64,000 nt of DNA from NCBI GenBank assembly GCA_965215005.1, contig CBDCCZ010000014.1:169311-233310 (forward strand). The letters run 5' to 3'. This document shows, piece by piece, positions 31,160-43,373 of this stretch. Below the pieces are notes generated by a model that worked only from the letters and a program-made list of their open reading frames with translations, did no database searches and was not told the origin of the DNA. Made by a program: the position numbers and the translations under genes. The number at the start of each line of letters is the position of its first letter. Positions within the stretch are counted from its first letter, which is position 1. The DNA comes from Kofleriaceae bacterium. Lineage in GTDB: Bacteria; Myxococcota_A; Polyangia; Haliangiales; Haliangiaceae.

Positions 31160-31504
31160 ATGCCGAGCCGTATCCGCAAAGGGGACACTGTCCAGGTCAT
31201 CGCCGGCCGCGAAAAGGGCAAGCGCGGTGAGGTCGCCGAGATCCTGCGCAAGCAGGGCAAGGTCCTGGTACACGCCGTCAACGTGGTCAAGCGCCACCAG
31301 AAGCCCACCCAGCAGAATCCGCAGGGGGGCATCGTCGATCAGGAGGCGCCACTGCCGATTTCCAATGTCATGCTGGTGGATCCCACCGACGATAAGCCCA
31401 CTCGCGTCGGCTTTAAGCGCGTCGATGGGCAGTGGGTTCGCATCGGTCGTCGAACCGGCGCTGAGCTCACTGGGAAGAAGATCGAAACCAGCGCCGCCGA
31501 GTAA
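31160..31504 (+). CDS. rplX: 50S ribosomal protein L24
   Basis: KOW motif IRKGDTVQVIAGREKGKRG, NVVKRHQKP, GGIVDQEAPLPISNVMLVD and TRVGF. Confidence 0.96.
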   Translation: MPSRIRKGDTVQVIAGREKGKRGEVAEILRKQGKVLVHAVNVVKRHQKPTQQNPQGGIVDQEAPLPISNVMLVDPTDDKPTRVGFKRVDGQWVRIGRRTGAELTGKKIETSAAE

Positions 31505-31510
31505 TTTCCC

Positions 31511-31687
31511 AGTGGTTTACGACGGAAGTCGTGAACCGCTCGCACAAGCTCCCAACGCTGCGGGGCCACCAAGCAGACTGGCGCAGCGGGTGGTTGGTGT
31601 CTGCCCTTGCCCCGCATTGGGGCGTCGGTTACCACCACAACATACCCTGCTATATCCAAGAGGCTCTCGCGCCGCAAGCGCCAGGGT
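31511..31687 (+). other. Structured non-coding region (three predicted hairpins) downstream of rplX
   Basis: 13-bp stem AGTGGTTTACGAC-GGAA-GTCGTGAACCGCT (31511-31540); long stem 31551-31621 (CCCAA/TTGGG, TGCGGGGC/GCCCCGCA, GCAGAC/GTCTGC); ACCCTG/CAGGGT stem about 31643-31687. Confidence 0.45.
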
Positions 31688-31691
31688 CTCT

Positions 31692-31813
31692 TCGTGCTTC
31701 CGTGACGCTGCTCGTGCTTCCGTGACGCTGCTCGTGCTTCCGTGACGCTGCTCGTGCTTCCGTGACGCTGCTCGTGCTTCCGTGACGCTGCTCGTGCTTC
31801 CGTGACGCTGCTC
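31692..31813. repeat. Perfect tandem repeat, 6 x 20 bp (TCGTGCTTCCGTGACGCTGC)
   Basis: Identical units start at 31692, 31712, 31732, 31752, 31772 and 31792, with no spacers. Confidence 0.97.
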
Positions 31814-31923
31814 CGCAGGTGCCGAAGCGACCGGTGGAACTGCCGTGTTCAGACTGCGCTCGCGCCGCGACGTTCAAGCGCGGTCGTCCGGGGCACAGAT
31901 GCTGCACGGGCCGTGGGTCATCC

Positions 31924-34665
<2,742 letters not shown>

Positions 34666-34706
34666 GGCGATTCGTACGCTGCGTGCCCGCGACGCGCAGC
34701 TCGCAC

Positions 34707-34985
34707 TCAGCTGACCGCGACGCCGCGCCAGAACGCGACGCGGTCGGCAATCTCTTTCGCCGCTGGCTTCGGCTCCGGATAGAACCAGGCGGCGTTTTCA
34801 TTCTTCTCGCCGTTCACATCGACGTGGAGATACTGCGCCTCGCCCTTCCACGGGCAGTGCGAGGTGTGGTCGCTAGAAGTGAAGTACTCACGCACAAGCG
34901 ACTCCCGCGGGAAGTAGTGATTGCCCTCCACCACCACCGTGTCGTCGCTTTCTGCCAAGACAGTTCCGTTCCAAGTTGCTTTCAT
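34707..34985 (-). CDS. DUF427 domain protein
   Basis: MKATWNG, VEGNHYFP, CPWKGEA, AAWFYPEPK and VAFW motifs. Confidence 0.92.
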   Translation of the reverse strand: MKATWNGTVLAESDDTVVVEGNHYFPRESLVREYFTSSDHTSHCPWKGEAQYLHVDVNGEKNENAAWFYPEPKPAAKEIADRVAFWRGVAVS

Positions 34986-35038
34986 AGAATCAGGACGTCC
35001 TTCGTACATAGTACGTTTGGCCAATTGGGAGCAGTCGC

Positions 35039-36979
35039 TCAAATATGCTTGATAGCGCCCTCGTACATGCCATCCAGGAGGCTCATGTACTTCTTTTCCA
35101 CCGCCTTGCGCTTGACCTTCAGGCTCGGTGTTAGCTCGCCCTCTTCAACGGTGAGGTCGCGTGGAAGAATGGCGAACTTCTTGATGGTCTCGAAGCTCGC
35201 GAGCTGTTGATTGAGCTCGTCGATGAACGGCGCGATCAGCGCCTGCGCCTCGCTACTAGCGGATAGCTCCTCATAAGAGCGCTGCTCAAGGCCATTCTGC
35301 GCAGCCCACGAAGTGATTGCCTCCGGATCCAGCGCCACCAACGCAGTACAGAAGTTGCGGCGGTCCCCGTGCACGATGATCTGGCTTGCGTACGGGCACA
35401 GCGCCTTGAACTTGCCCTCGATGAGCTGCGGCGCCACGTACTTACCGCCCGAGGTCTTGATGAGGTCCTTCTTGCGGTCGGTGATGCGCAGGAACCCCTC
35501 GGCGTCGAGCTCGCCGATGTCGCCGGTTCGCAGCCAGCCATCGCTCGAAAGTACTTCCGCGGTTTGCTCGGCAAGGTTGTGGTACCCGCGCATGACCCCC
35601 GGGCCGCGCAGCAAGATCTCGTTGTCTTGCTTGGCAAGCCGCACCTCGGTGCCCGGCATGGGTAGGCCCACCGTGCCAAAGCGATAGGCACTCCGGCGAT
35701 TCACGAACGACGCGGCGCTGGTCTCGGTGAGCCCGTAGCCTTCGAGAATCAGAATGCCCGCGCCGTGAAAGAACTCGGCGATTTGCCGCGACAGCGGCGC
35801 GCTGCCGGAGATGAACAGCCGCACCCGCCCACCAAAGCGCGCTCGAAGCTTGGAAAACACCAAACGGTCGGCGAGCTTGTATTCGAGCGCCAGCAGTCCG
35901 GCAGGCTCCTTGCCCTGTTGCCGCAGCTTCGAGACCCGCTTGCCCACGCCGACCGCCCAGCGGAAGATCGCGTACTTGAGCTTGGGACCATCTTGGGCGC
36001 TCTGAACGACCTTGTTGTAGACCTTCTCGAAGATGCGCGGCGCGGCCGCCATGATGGTGGGACGAATCACGGCGAGGTTGTCGATGAGCCGCGGAATCCG
36101 CCCGTCGATAGCCGTTGGATAGCCGACCGTGAGCTGGCTCGCTAGCAGCACCTTGCCGAAAGCATGCGACAGCGGCAGCCACAGATACTGCAAATCCGTG
36201 GGCTCGAGCAGATCGATGGCGGCAAGGGCCTCGCCTTCGTAGGTCCAGCAATCGTGCGTCAGGCGCACGCCCTTGGGCTTGCCGGTGGTGCCCGAGGTGT
36301 AGATCAACGTCGCCAACGAATCTGGAGTGATGCCCGCGCAGGCGTCATCGACCGCGCTGGGCGCCTCCGCGAGATGTTGCGCGCCACGTGCTTCGAGAGC
36401 TTCGAGGCCTATCACCCAGTCGCCATCACCGCTGCCATCGAAGGCGATGACGTGGCGGATCGCCGCCAGCTCGCCGCGGCGCTCTCGCAGCTTGGCAACC
36501 TGCTCATCGTCTTCGGCAAACACAACGCGCGTGTCGGAATCGGCGAGGATGAACGCGCAGTCGTCGGCGCCGCTAGAGGGATACACGGTCGTGGTCGCGC
36601 CGCCGGCGGCCATGATGGCCAAGTCGGCCAGTACCCAGTCGAGTCGGGTCGACGACAAGATGGCGCAGCGCTGTTGGCTAGTGACGCCGAGCGACAACAG
36701 ACCAGCGGCGATACGGCGCACCCGCTCATCGACCTCTTGCCACGTCATGCTCTTCCAGGAGTCGCCCACCGGGTGGCGAAACGCTTCCTCGGAACCGGAC
36801 AGGGCCACGCGATGAAAGAACATCGCTGGAACCGAGCGGAACCTCCGGTTCAGTGGCTCAGAGGGCGCTTCGGGGGCAGCTACAGCAGCGGCGGGTGTAG
36901 ACAAATGGCGGCTCCTTTCGCCGGCGATGATACCGCCAGGACCTCCCGGTGCAAACCCAAGGCGGGGCTTGCGCTTCAC
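35039..36979 (-). CDS. Long-chain fatty acid-CoA ligase (AMP-binding)
   Basis: IYTSGTTGKPKG, EGYGLTE, TGDIG and DRKKDLIKTSGGK motifs. The true start may be slightly downstream. Confidence 0.93.
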   Translation of the reverse strand: MKRKPRLGFAPGGPGGIIAGERSRHLSTPAAAVAAPEAPSEPLNRRFRSVPAMFFHRVALSGSEEAFRHPVGDSWKSMTWQEVDERVRRIAAGLLSLGVTSQQRCAILSSTRLDWVLADLAIMAAGGATTTVYPSSGADDCAFILADSDTRVVFAEDDEQVAKLRERRGELAAIRHVIAFDGSGDGDWVIGLEALEARGAQHLAEAPSAVDDACAGITPDSLATLIYTSGTTGKPKGVRLTHDCWTYEGEALAAIDLLEPTDLQYLWLPLSHAFGKVLLASQLTVGYPTAIDGRIPRLIDNLAVIRPTIMAAAPRIFEKVYNKVVQSAQDGPKLKYAIFRWAVGVGKRVSKLRQQGKEPAGLLALEYKLADRLVFSKLRARFGGRVRLFISGSAPLSRQIAEFFHGAGILILEGYGLTETSAASFVNRRSAYRFGTVGLPMPGTEVRLAKQDNEILLRGPGVMRGYHNLAEQTAEVLSSDGWLRTGDIGELDAEGFLRITDRKKDLIKTSGGKYVAPQLIEGKFKALCPYASQIIVHGDRRNFCTALVALDPEAITSWAAQNGLEQRSYEELSASSEAQALIAPFIDELNQQLASFETIKKFAILPRDLTVEEGELTPSLKVKRKAVEKKYMSLLDGMYEGAIKHI

Positions 36980-37013
36980 TGCGATAGGCGGACCCTCATT
37001 CCGCGGCGTCGAC

Positions 37014-37481
37014 CTACCCGCCCCAGCGCTCGTGGGCCTCGCGCTCAGGGTCCGGCGGCAGGTTGATGAATTCCTGCGGGAACGCCTCGGCGAGGTGCCG
37101 CAAGATGTCGCGAATCGAGAGGATGCCGAGCGCCTTGTCCTCCCGATCTACCACCGGAAGATGCCGAAAATTGCCGCTGATCATCCGCCGCAGCGCCGCG
37201 GCCAACGTGCTGCTCTCGCGCACGGTCACCGGCGCCGCGGTCATCACGTCTTTCACAGCGATATCGGTCCAGCCCGACGCTCCAACGTCCACCCGCATCA
37301 TTAGATCCCGCTCGGTGAAGATGCCGGACAGACGCCTCGCATCCTCGACCAGCACCGAACCCCGGCGAGCCTCGCACATACGCTCGACGGCTTCCTGCAC
37401 CCGCGCCTGCAGAGGCACGCGCACGGCCTCGCGACGCGCGATATCGGCCACCGGCGTCGACACCAGCTCCTCGAGCCGCAT
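37014..37481 (-). CDS. CBS-pair domain protein
   Basis: GIFTERD, VMT, FRHLPVVD and GILSIRD motifs. TGATG overlap with the upstream CBS gene. Confidence 0.9.
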   Translation of the reverse strand: MRLEELVSTPVADIARREAVRVPLQARVQEAVERMCEARRGSVLVEDARRLSGIFTERDLMMRVDVGASGWTDIAVKDVMTAAPVTVRESSTLAAALRRMISGNFRHLPVVDREDKALGILSIRDILRHLAEAFPQEFINLPPDPEREAHERWGG

Positions 37482-37948
37482 CAGCCGCCACCTCCGATAT
37501 CGACCCATTCGTCGCTCGCTGGCAGACGGCCTTCCGGCCCCTCGACGTCGGTGAATACCTGTGACAGGTGGTTCATGACCTCGCGAATATCGAGCACGGC
37601 GACGGGAGAGCCGTGCTCATCCACGATGGGAACGTTGCGAAACCCGCGCATCGCCATGCGATTGATGACATAGGAGATGCAGTCCCGCGGCCGCAACGTC
37701 TCGGGATCGCGCGTCATTACCTCGGCCACCACCGTATCCTGCGGGTCGCGGCGCTGGCCGGCGACGCGATTGAGAAAGTCACGCTCGGTGAAGATGCCGA
37801 CCAGCGCGCCGTCGTCGACCACGAGAATTGAGTCTGCTTGCTGCTCGCGCATTTTCTGCACGGCGCGAGCCACCGATGCCGACGAAGGCACCGCGGCCAC
37901 CGCTGCATCCGTGATGAACTCGGCAATCGTCTTTTGGATTCGCTGCAT
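37481..37948 (-). CDS. CBS-pair domain protein
   Basis: LVGIFTERD, VMTRDP and FRNVPIVD motifs. Confidence 0.9.
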   Translation of the reverse strand: MQRIQKTIAEFITDAAVAAVPSSASVARAVQKMREQQADSILVVDDGALVGIFTERDFLNRVAGQRRDPQDTVVAEVMTRDPETLRPRDCISYVINRMAMRGFRNVPIVDEHGSPVAVLDIREVMNHLSQVFTDVEGPEGRLPASDEWVDIGGGG

Positions 37949-38071
37949 GAGCCCTCGAAGCACCCAGGGCACGCTGCGCCATCGAGCATCGGTGGCCGAC
38001 GCGCCGGGTCTCTATAAGATACCTAAGATACGACGATGGCGAAGCCAGCGCACGCCCCTGGGCCTCTGCGC

Positions 38072-38881
38072 TCATTCGCATATGAACGTCGCGAAACTGA
38101 GAGAATCCGCCATGAGCCGGACCGCGCTTGGACCTCGGCAGCCGATCCCGGCGGGCGGGGTCACGGTGACCATCGCGGTGCCATCGCCAACGGCGACATT
38201 GGCAACCAAGACGTAGGCGTCGGTGGTAATGGCGCCGGTACTGAACGAGCCGTCGGCGGCGCGCGCAAAGGCCTGCTCGCCTCCCGCGACCTCGACCTGC
38301 GCCCCCACCACGGGCGCCGAAGCGGCATCACGCACCTCGATCATCACCTGCGCGGCGCCTTCGACGCGCGCGGGCAACGGCGCCGCAAAGATGGTGTCGA
38401 GCTCGGCGAGCGCCATGCCATGCGCGGTGAAGGGACCGGCGGCAGCCCCGACCGTGTAATAGGCGGGCAAGTACTCGGGATGCTCGAAGCGCACCACCGC
38501 GCCCTCGCCGCTTACGCACAAGGTGCCGCGGCCGTTGGGAGCGGTGCGCGCCGTGCGTTCGGGTTGGCCCTCTTCGGTCCACAGCGCGTCGAAAATGCCG
38601 GCGAAGTCGGAAGGGGTGCTGTTCCAGGTCACGTACTCGCCGGACAACAGCAGCGCTTGGCCGCACGGCCCCGCATCCGCGAGGCTGGCGTCGGCCTCTG
38701 GGCCGGCGTCGCTGCCAGTGTCGCTGCCGGCATCGGCCGGGTTGCTGTCGCCACCGCCGCAGCCGCCCAGAAGCGCAGTCGCTGCGACGACCAAGAGGAG
38801 CCGCGAAGCGCTGACAGCGCCGGGCCCGCGGGGAAACGGACGGGAGATCGCATGAAGCTGCACCGGCCAAGGGAAGCACAA
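38072..38881 (-). CDS. Hypothetical lipoprotein, beta-rich (carboxypeptidase-regulatory-like domains possible)
   Basis: Lipobox LLGGC followed by a DAG-rich linker. Start codon uncertain. Confidence 0.6.
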   Translation of the reverse strand: MCFPWPVQLHAISRPFPRGPGAVSASRLLLVVAATALLGGCGGGDSNPADAGSDTGSDAGPEADASLADAGPCGQALLLSGEYVTWNSTPSDFAGIFDALWTEEGQPERTARTAPNGRGTLCVSGEGAVVRFEHPEYLPAYYTVGAAAGPFTAHGMALAELDTIFAAPLPARVEGAAQVMIEVRDAASAPVVGAQVEVAGGEQAFARAADGSFSTGAITTDAYVLVANVAVGDGTAMVTVTPPAGIGCRGPSAVRLMADSLSFATFICE

Positions 38882-39207
38882 AATCGGCCGGCGCGCTCAT
38901 GACTCGCGTCACCAGCCGGCGCACGGGTCAGCAGCTACCCAGTGCCTGCGGCGGCTCCCCCGGCGATGGTTGCTCCTCTAGACATCGCTTCTCGACTGCT
39001 CCACGGCTGCCGAGGTGAGCCTCCCGAGGTTGCCGAGCCGCGCCACGTCGAGCGCGCTACATCGAGCCACCATGGTTGCCCCGAGACAAAGAGTTCGAGC
39101 AAGAGGTGCATCAAGCCGCTCGCGGCGTTGACTCGAGCATCGTCGCGAGCTATCGCACGTGAATAAGCCAGCGTCGCTCCCGCGACGTGCCGCGAGAGAA
39201 GCCCACC

Positions 39208-40272
39208 ATGATAGAGAGCCCCTGGATTCGACTGAGCGCGCAGCTAATCGATCGATGGCGTCGCGACGAGATGGTCCTCATCGACGAGGAAAGCGCCCGA
39301 CTTGCCGATGAGCTCGCTGATTGGCTAGCTGGCCAAGCCGGCACCGATCGCCTCGGCCCAAAGCTCGGCGAGTGGCTGCTAGCGCAGCGAGCCGTCGAGG
39401 ACGTATTTGCCAGCGACGATGAGTTGGCAGCAACGGTCCTCGAAGAGGCCGGGCGGGTGCAGTCGAGCGGCCGTCCGCGCCCGGCAGCGGACGGCCAAGA
39501 AACCCACGAGTTGCCGCCTGCCATTGCCGACCTGCTCGAGCGACTGGGACGTTGTGCCTTTCGCCCGCAGGTGAACGAAGGCGACGACGGCGCCGTGACC
39601 GCTTCGAAGTTCGGCGGCAGTCCGTATCTGCCGCCACGCGAGAAGTGGCCGAGCTGTGCAAACTGTGATCAGCCGCTGCAGTTCTTCGTGCAGCTGGATC
39701 TAGCCGCGTTGCCCGAGGAGCTCGAGCACCCGCACCGCACCGGCCTGGTTCAGCTGTTTTACTGCACCAACCCCGAGACCAAGTGCGAGTCCGCTTGTGA
39801 AGCGTGGCTGCCGGGGGCCAAGTCCGTGCTGGCACGCTGGGTGCCGGCGCCTGGACCGCGCGCCAAACCCAAGGCGAGCAGCGTCGAGAACCAGCGGCCG
39901 CCGTTTCGCAATAAGGACTGGAAACCGGGGGTTATTACCGGCTGGCGGCGCGAGGCCAAGGCTGAGCTGCCCAGTCAAAACGCCGAACCAGGCATCTTGG
40001 CCGAAGACGCCAAGCTCCTAGACGAGTCCTGGGACGAAATCCACGAGCATGATCTGTTCGCGCGCCCTGGCGATAAGCTCGGCGGCTGGCCCGACTGGGT
40101 ACAAGATCCCGAATACGCGCCGTGCCCAACGTGCGGCAAGAACATGCGCTACCTCTTGCAGCTCGAATCCAATGGGCTCACCGGCCACCAGTTCGGCGAC
40201 CTCGGCGCCGGGCATCTCTGCCAGTGCGACGACCATCCAGAGCAAGTCGCGCTTACCTGGGCCTGTCACTAG
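39208..40272 (+). CDS. DUF1963 (YwqG-like) domain protein with N-terminal extension
   Basis: SKFGGSPYLP...WPSC..C.QPLQFFVQLDL, KLGGWPDWVQ and FGDLG motifs. Confidence 0.8.
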   Translation: MIESPWIRLSAQLIDRWRRDEMVLIDEESARLADELADWLAGQAGTDRLGPKLGEWLLAQRAVEDVFASDDELAATVLEEAGRVQSSGRPRPAADGQETHELPPAIADLLERLGRCAFRPQVNEGDDGAVTASKFGGSPYLPPREKWPSCANCDQPLQFFVQLDLAALPEELEHPHRTGLVQLFYCTNPETKCESACEAWLPGAKSVLARWVPAPGPRAKPKASSVENQRPPFRNKDWKPGVITGWRREAKAELPSQNAEPGILAEDAKLLDESWDEIHEHDLFARPGDKLGGWPDWVQDPEYAPCPTCGKNMRYLLQLESNGLTGHQFGDLGAGHLCQCDDHPEQVALTWACH

Positions 40273-40293
40273 CGCGGCGATCGAAGTGCGACC

Positions 40294-40327
40294 CAGGTAG
40301 GCGGAACGCTTTCGTGCCGCCTACCTG
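40294..40327. terminator. Hairpin between convergent genes (possible bidirectional terminator)
   Basis: Perfect 11-bp inverted repeat CAGGTAGGCGG / CCGCCTACCTG. No U-tract. Confidence 0.55.
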
Positions 40328-40329
40328 AC

Positions 40330-41229
40330 TCAGCCTTTGCGACGCTCTTCCAACTCTTCGAGCGTCTTGGGCCAGTTTTGCTTGAGCAGGCGCGACAGAC
40401 CGCGGTCGGCGAGTAGTCGACCCGCGGTCTGACATTGAGCACAGTAGTTTGCTTCGTTATCGGCGTAGCGGATGCGCTGAATCTTCTGCCCACACCTGGG
40501 ACACGGCGCGCCGTACTTGCCGTGCACCGCCATCGCCTCGCGAAACGCGGTCACCTTCTCGGGAAAGCCATCTCCCGCGTCTTCACGCAGCCGCTCGGTC
40601 CATTCGCTAAGGACCTCGAGGATGGCACCGTGCACTCGCGCGTGCTCTTCGACCGACATCTTGTGAGTCTGCTTGAACGGCGAGAGACGCGCGCGGAACA
40701 AGATTTCATCGGAATAGGCGTTGCCGATTCCACTGAGGATCGTTGGATCCGTGAGTGCGCGCTTGATCGTATGGTTCTCGCGCACGAGCGCCTCGCGCAC
40801 CTCCGAGGCGCTCGCGTTCATCACCTCGAGGCCACCGCGGTCGAACTCGCCCAGCGCCGCCCGCCCGCGCACCAAATGCATCGAGGCGCGCTTCTTGGGA
40901 CTGGCTTCGGTGAAGAGGACCGAGGCATGGTCGAAATCGAACGCGGCAAGACCGAGCTTCTTAGGGACTCCAGCGCCGTACTTTCGCCACTTCAAGCGCC
41001 CGGCAACCATCAAGTGAATCACCACGAACAGCTCATCTTCGAGCTCGAGCACGATGCGCTTGCCGATCCGCGACACCCCGAGCAGCCGCTGTCCCGCCAC
41101 TGCGCCCAGCGGCGGGTCGACGGAGCGCAACACGAACGAACTTACCAGCCGCACCCGCTGCAGCACGTGGCCGCCGGCCATGGATTCGAGTCGCTCGACG
41201 TAAACGGTCACATCGGGAAGCTCGGGCAC
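40330..41229 (-). CDS. Fpg/Nei family DNA glycosylase
   Basis: MPELPDV N-terminus, HLMVAG, GIGNAYSDE and zinc finger CPRC...CAQCQ. Confidence 0.93.
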   Translation of the reverse strand: MPELPDVTVYVERLESMAGGHVLQRVRLVSSFVLRSVDPPLGAVAGQRLLGVSRIGKRIVLELEDELFVVIHLMVAGRLKWRKYGAGVPKKLGLAAFDFDHASVLFTEASPKKRASMHLVRGRAALGEFDRGGLEVMNASASEVREALVRENHTIKRALTDPTILSGIGNAYSDEILFRARLSPFKQTHKMSVEEHARVHGAILEVLSEWTERLREDAGDGFPEKVTAFREAMAVHGKYGAPCPRCGQKIQRIRYADNEANYCAQCQTAGRLLADRGLSRLLKQNWPKTLEELEERRKG

Positions 41230-41258
41230 CGAACCAGTATACGGCGCGCCGGCCGGGA

Positions 41259-43337
41259 CTAGCGCGGCCGATAGCCCTGCGCGTTGCCGTAGCCTTGCGG
41301 CCAGAGCAGCGGGTAGCCCTGAGCGGCCGCCGCACGGCGGACGAAGAACGGGTCGAACGCCAGAGCGGCATCGAGCGCGCAGAGGTCGGCGCGTCCGGCG
41401 GCCAGAACGCTGTTGACGTCATCGAACGAGTCGATCGCGCCCTCGGCGATGGTGACGACCTTGGCCTCGTTGCGCAGCCGATCGGCGTGCGGGACCTGAT
41501 AGAGGCGTTGCGCATGCGGCAACGCAGTCACCACCGAGACGAAGTCGCAGCCAACCTCGCGCAGCCGCCCTGCCACGTCCACGGCGTATTCGGGCGTGAT
41601 GCCATCGGCGGCGCCTTCGTCGGCGCAAAGTCGCACCCCCAGTGGCTGCTCATGCAGCTCGCGGGCCGCGGCGCAGAGCTCGATGAGAAGCCGCATGCGA
41701 CCCGCCGCATCGCCGCCATAGCCATCGCCTCGCTGACTTCTGCGCGGTGACAGCAAGTGCCCTAGCAAGGTGTTTGGCGCCGCATCGAACATGACGGCGT
41801 CGAAGCCGCTTTGCACCGCGCGCCGCACCGCCGCCGTGAACGCCGAACGCACGTCTGATAGATCGCCGGCTGACAACTCTACCGGCCGATGCCCCAGCAG
41901 CGCACATACCGCGGTGGTCGGCGCGCACGCAGCGAGCGACTCACGCACCGCGGACCAAGCGGCGACATGGCTATCGCCCCAGAGCCCAGCCGCCCCCGCC
42001 GAGGCTCTGGCGGTCGCGCGCACCGCACACGACTCGCTCACCAGCAGCCCAACCCCGCCGAGCGCTACCGCCCCGAGCTGGACCTGATGCAGCGCCCCCA
42101 CCACGCCTTCTTGTGCCGCCTCTAGCGGCTGCGGCGCGAGCACTACGCGATTTGCCAACTGGCATCCACGCAGCGCCAGCGGCACGAACATCGGCGGCGG
42201 AGGCGCCAATTCGTGCCCTGAAAACCACGACTCGACCTCGGCGACCAGCGCCGGATCCCGGCGACGAAGATTTTCGTGGGTGACGCGCAGGCTACGGGTG
42301 AGGAGGCTGTAGGCAAATTGAATCGGCGCTAGCTCTAAGTACCGCTCGGTGTTCTCAAACCAGTCAAGACTCACCTCTGCCGCTCGTTGCAGCTTCTCCA
42401 CCTGGGGCCGCCGCTGCTGCTCATACGCGGCCAGCCCCCGTGGGACCTCGCGGTGCTGTTGCAGCGCAGCGGTTAACGCGATGCCATCCTCCATCGCCAG
42501 CTTGGTGCCCGAGCCGATCGAGAAGTGGGCGGTGTGCGCGGCATCGCCCACCAAGACGACATTATCGACGTGCCAGCGATCGAGCCGCACGGTCGGAAAG
42601 CTGCGCCAGATCGAGCGGTTTTTGTGCAGACGATGCTCACCGAGTTGGCTAGCGAACACTCCTTCTAAATAGGCGATCGTGCCGTCCTCATCGCTGCGAT
42701 CGAGTCCGGCGCGGCGCCACGTCTCCTCCGTGCACTCGACGATGAAGGTCGAGCCGTCCTCGGCGTAGCGATACGCATGCACGCGAAACAGCCCGGCGGC
42801 ACTGCGCTCGAAGTAGAACGTGAAGGCCTCGAACGGGACCGTGGTGCCGAGCCACACGAACTTGTTGGGCCGCCAATCGACGTGCGCGCCCACCGCGGTG
42901 CCGAGCTCGTCGCGAATGCGACTGCTCACGCCATCGGCTGCGATCACCAGGTCGAGGTGCGAAAGCTCCGCGAGCGTGACCTGCCGCTCGAACACCAGCT
43001 CGACACCGAGCTCGCGCGCCCGCCGTTGCAGGATCGTGAGCAGCTCGAGTCGCGCGAGGCCGCAGAAGCCATGGCCCGTCGAGCGGAAGACGCGGCCGCC
43101 GATGTGGGTCTCGATATCGTCCCAGTGGGCGAAGCGCTCGGCGATGGCCGCGTAGCTCGGCGGGTCGGCCGCGGCTAAGTTGCCGAGCGTGGCGTCGCTG
43201 AACACCACGCCAAAGCCAAACGTGTCGTCGGCGCGATGCCGCTCGAAAACCGTGACAGCACGACTCGGGTCGGCTTTCTTTAACAGGATCGCGGAATACA
43301 GCCCCGCCGGTCCGCCACCAATACACGCAATACGCAC
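41259..43337 (-). CDS. FAD monooxygenase fused to an OYE-like domain (salicylyl-CoA 5-hydroxylase / 2-aminobenzoyl-CoA monooxygenase-reductase type)
   Basis: GGGPAGL, TFGFGVVFS and GDAAHTAHFSIGSGTKLAMED. The C-terminal LANRVVL...DGYGG...GRADL segment is TIM-barrel-like. Confidence 0.85.
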   Translation of the reverse strand: MRIACIGGGPAGLYSAILLKKADPSRAVTVFERHRADDTFGFGVVFSDATLGNLAAADPPSYAAIAERFAHWDDIETHIGGRVFRSTGHGFCGLARLELLTILQRRARELGVELVFERQVTLAELSHLDLVIAADGVSSRIRDELGTAVGAHVDWRPNKFVWLGTTVPFEAFTFYFERSAAGLFRVHAYRYAEDGSTFIVECTEETWRRAGLDRSDEDGTIAYLEGVFASQLGEHRLHKNRSIWRSFPTVRLDRWHVDNVVLVGDAAHTAHFSIGSGTKLAMEDGIALTAALQQHREVPRGLAAYEQQRRPQVEKLQRAAEVSLDWFENTERYLELAPIQFAYSLLTRSLRVTHENLRRRDPALVAEVESWFSGHELAPPPPMFVPLALRGCQLANRVVLAPQPLEAAQEGVVGALHQVQLGAVALGGVGLLVSESCAVRATARASAGAAGLWGDSHVAAWSAVRESLAACAPTTAVCALLGHRPVELSAGDLSDVRSAFTAAVRRAVQSGFDAVMFDAAPNTLLGHLLSPRRSQRGDGYGGDAAGRMRLLIELCAAARELHEQPLGVRLCADEGAADGITPEYAVDVAGRLREVGCDFVSVVTALPHAQRLYQVPHADRLRNEAKVVTIAEGAIDSFDDVNSVLAAGRADLCALDAALAFDPFFVRRAAAAQGYPLLWPQGYGNAQGYRPR

Positions 43338-43373
43338 GCCGGCAGTGTCGCCGCCACGCGAGGGCGCCGCAAG

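Noticed and set aside
31692..31813. Possible CRISPR array
   Set aside because: Units are contiguous with no unique spacers, and there are no cas genes in the window.
38925..38965. GCCTGCGGCGGC resembling the 3' end of 6S RNA
   Set aside because: No complementary 5' arm or rod-like pairing was found upstream, where the sequence runs into a coding region.
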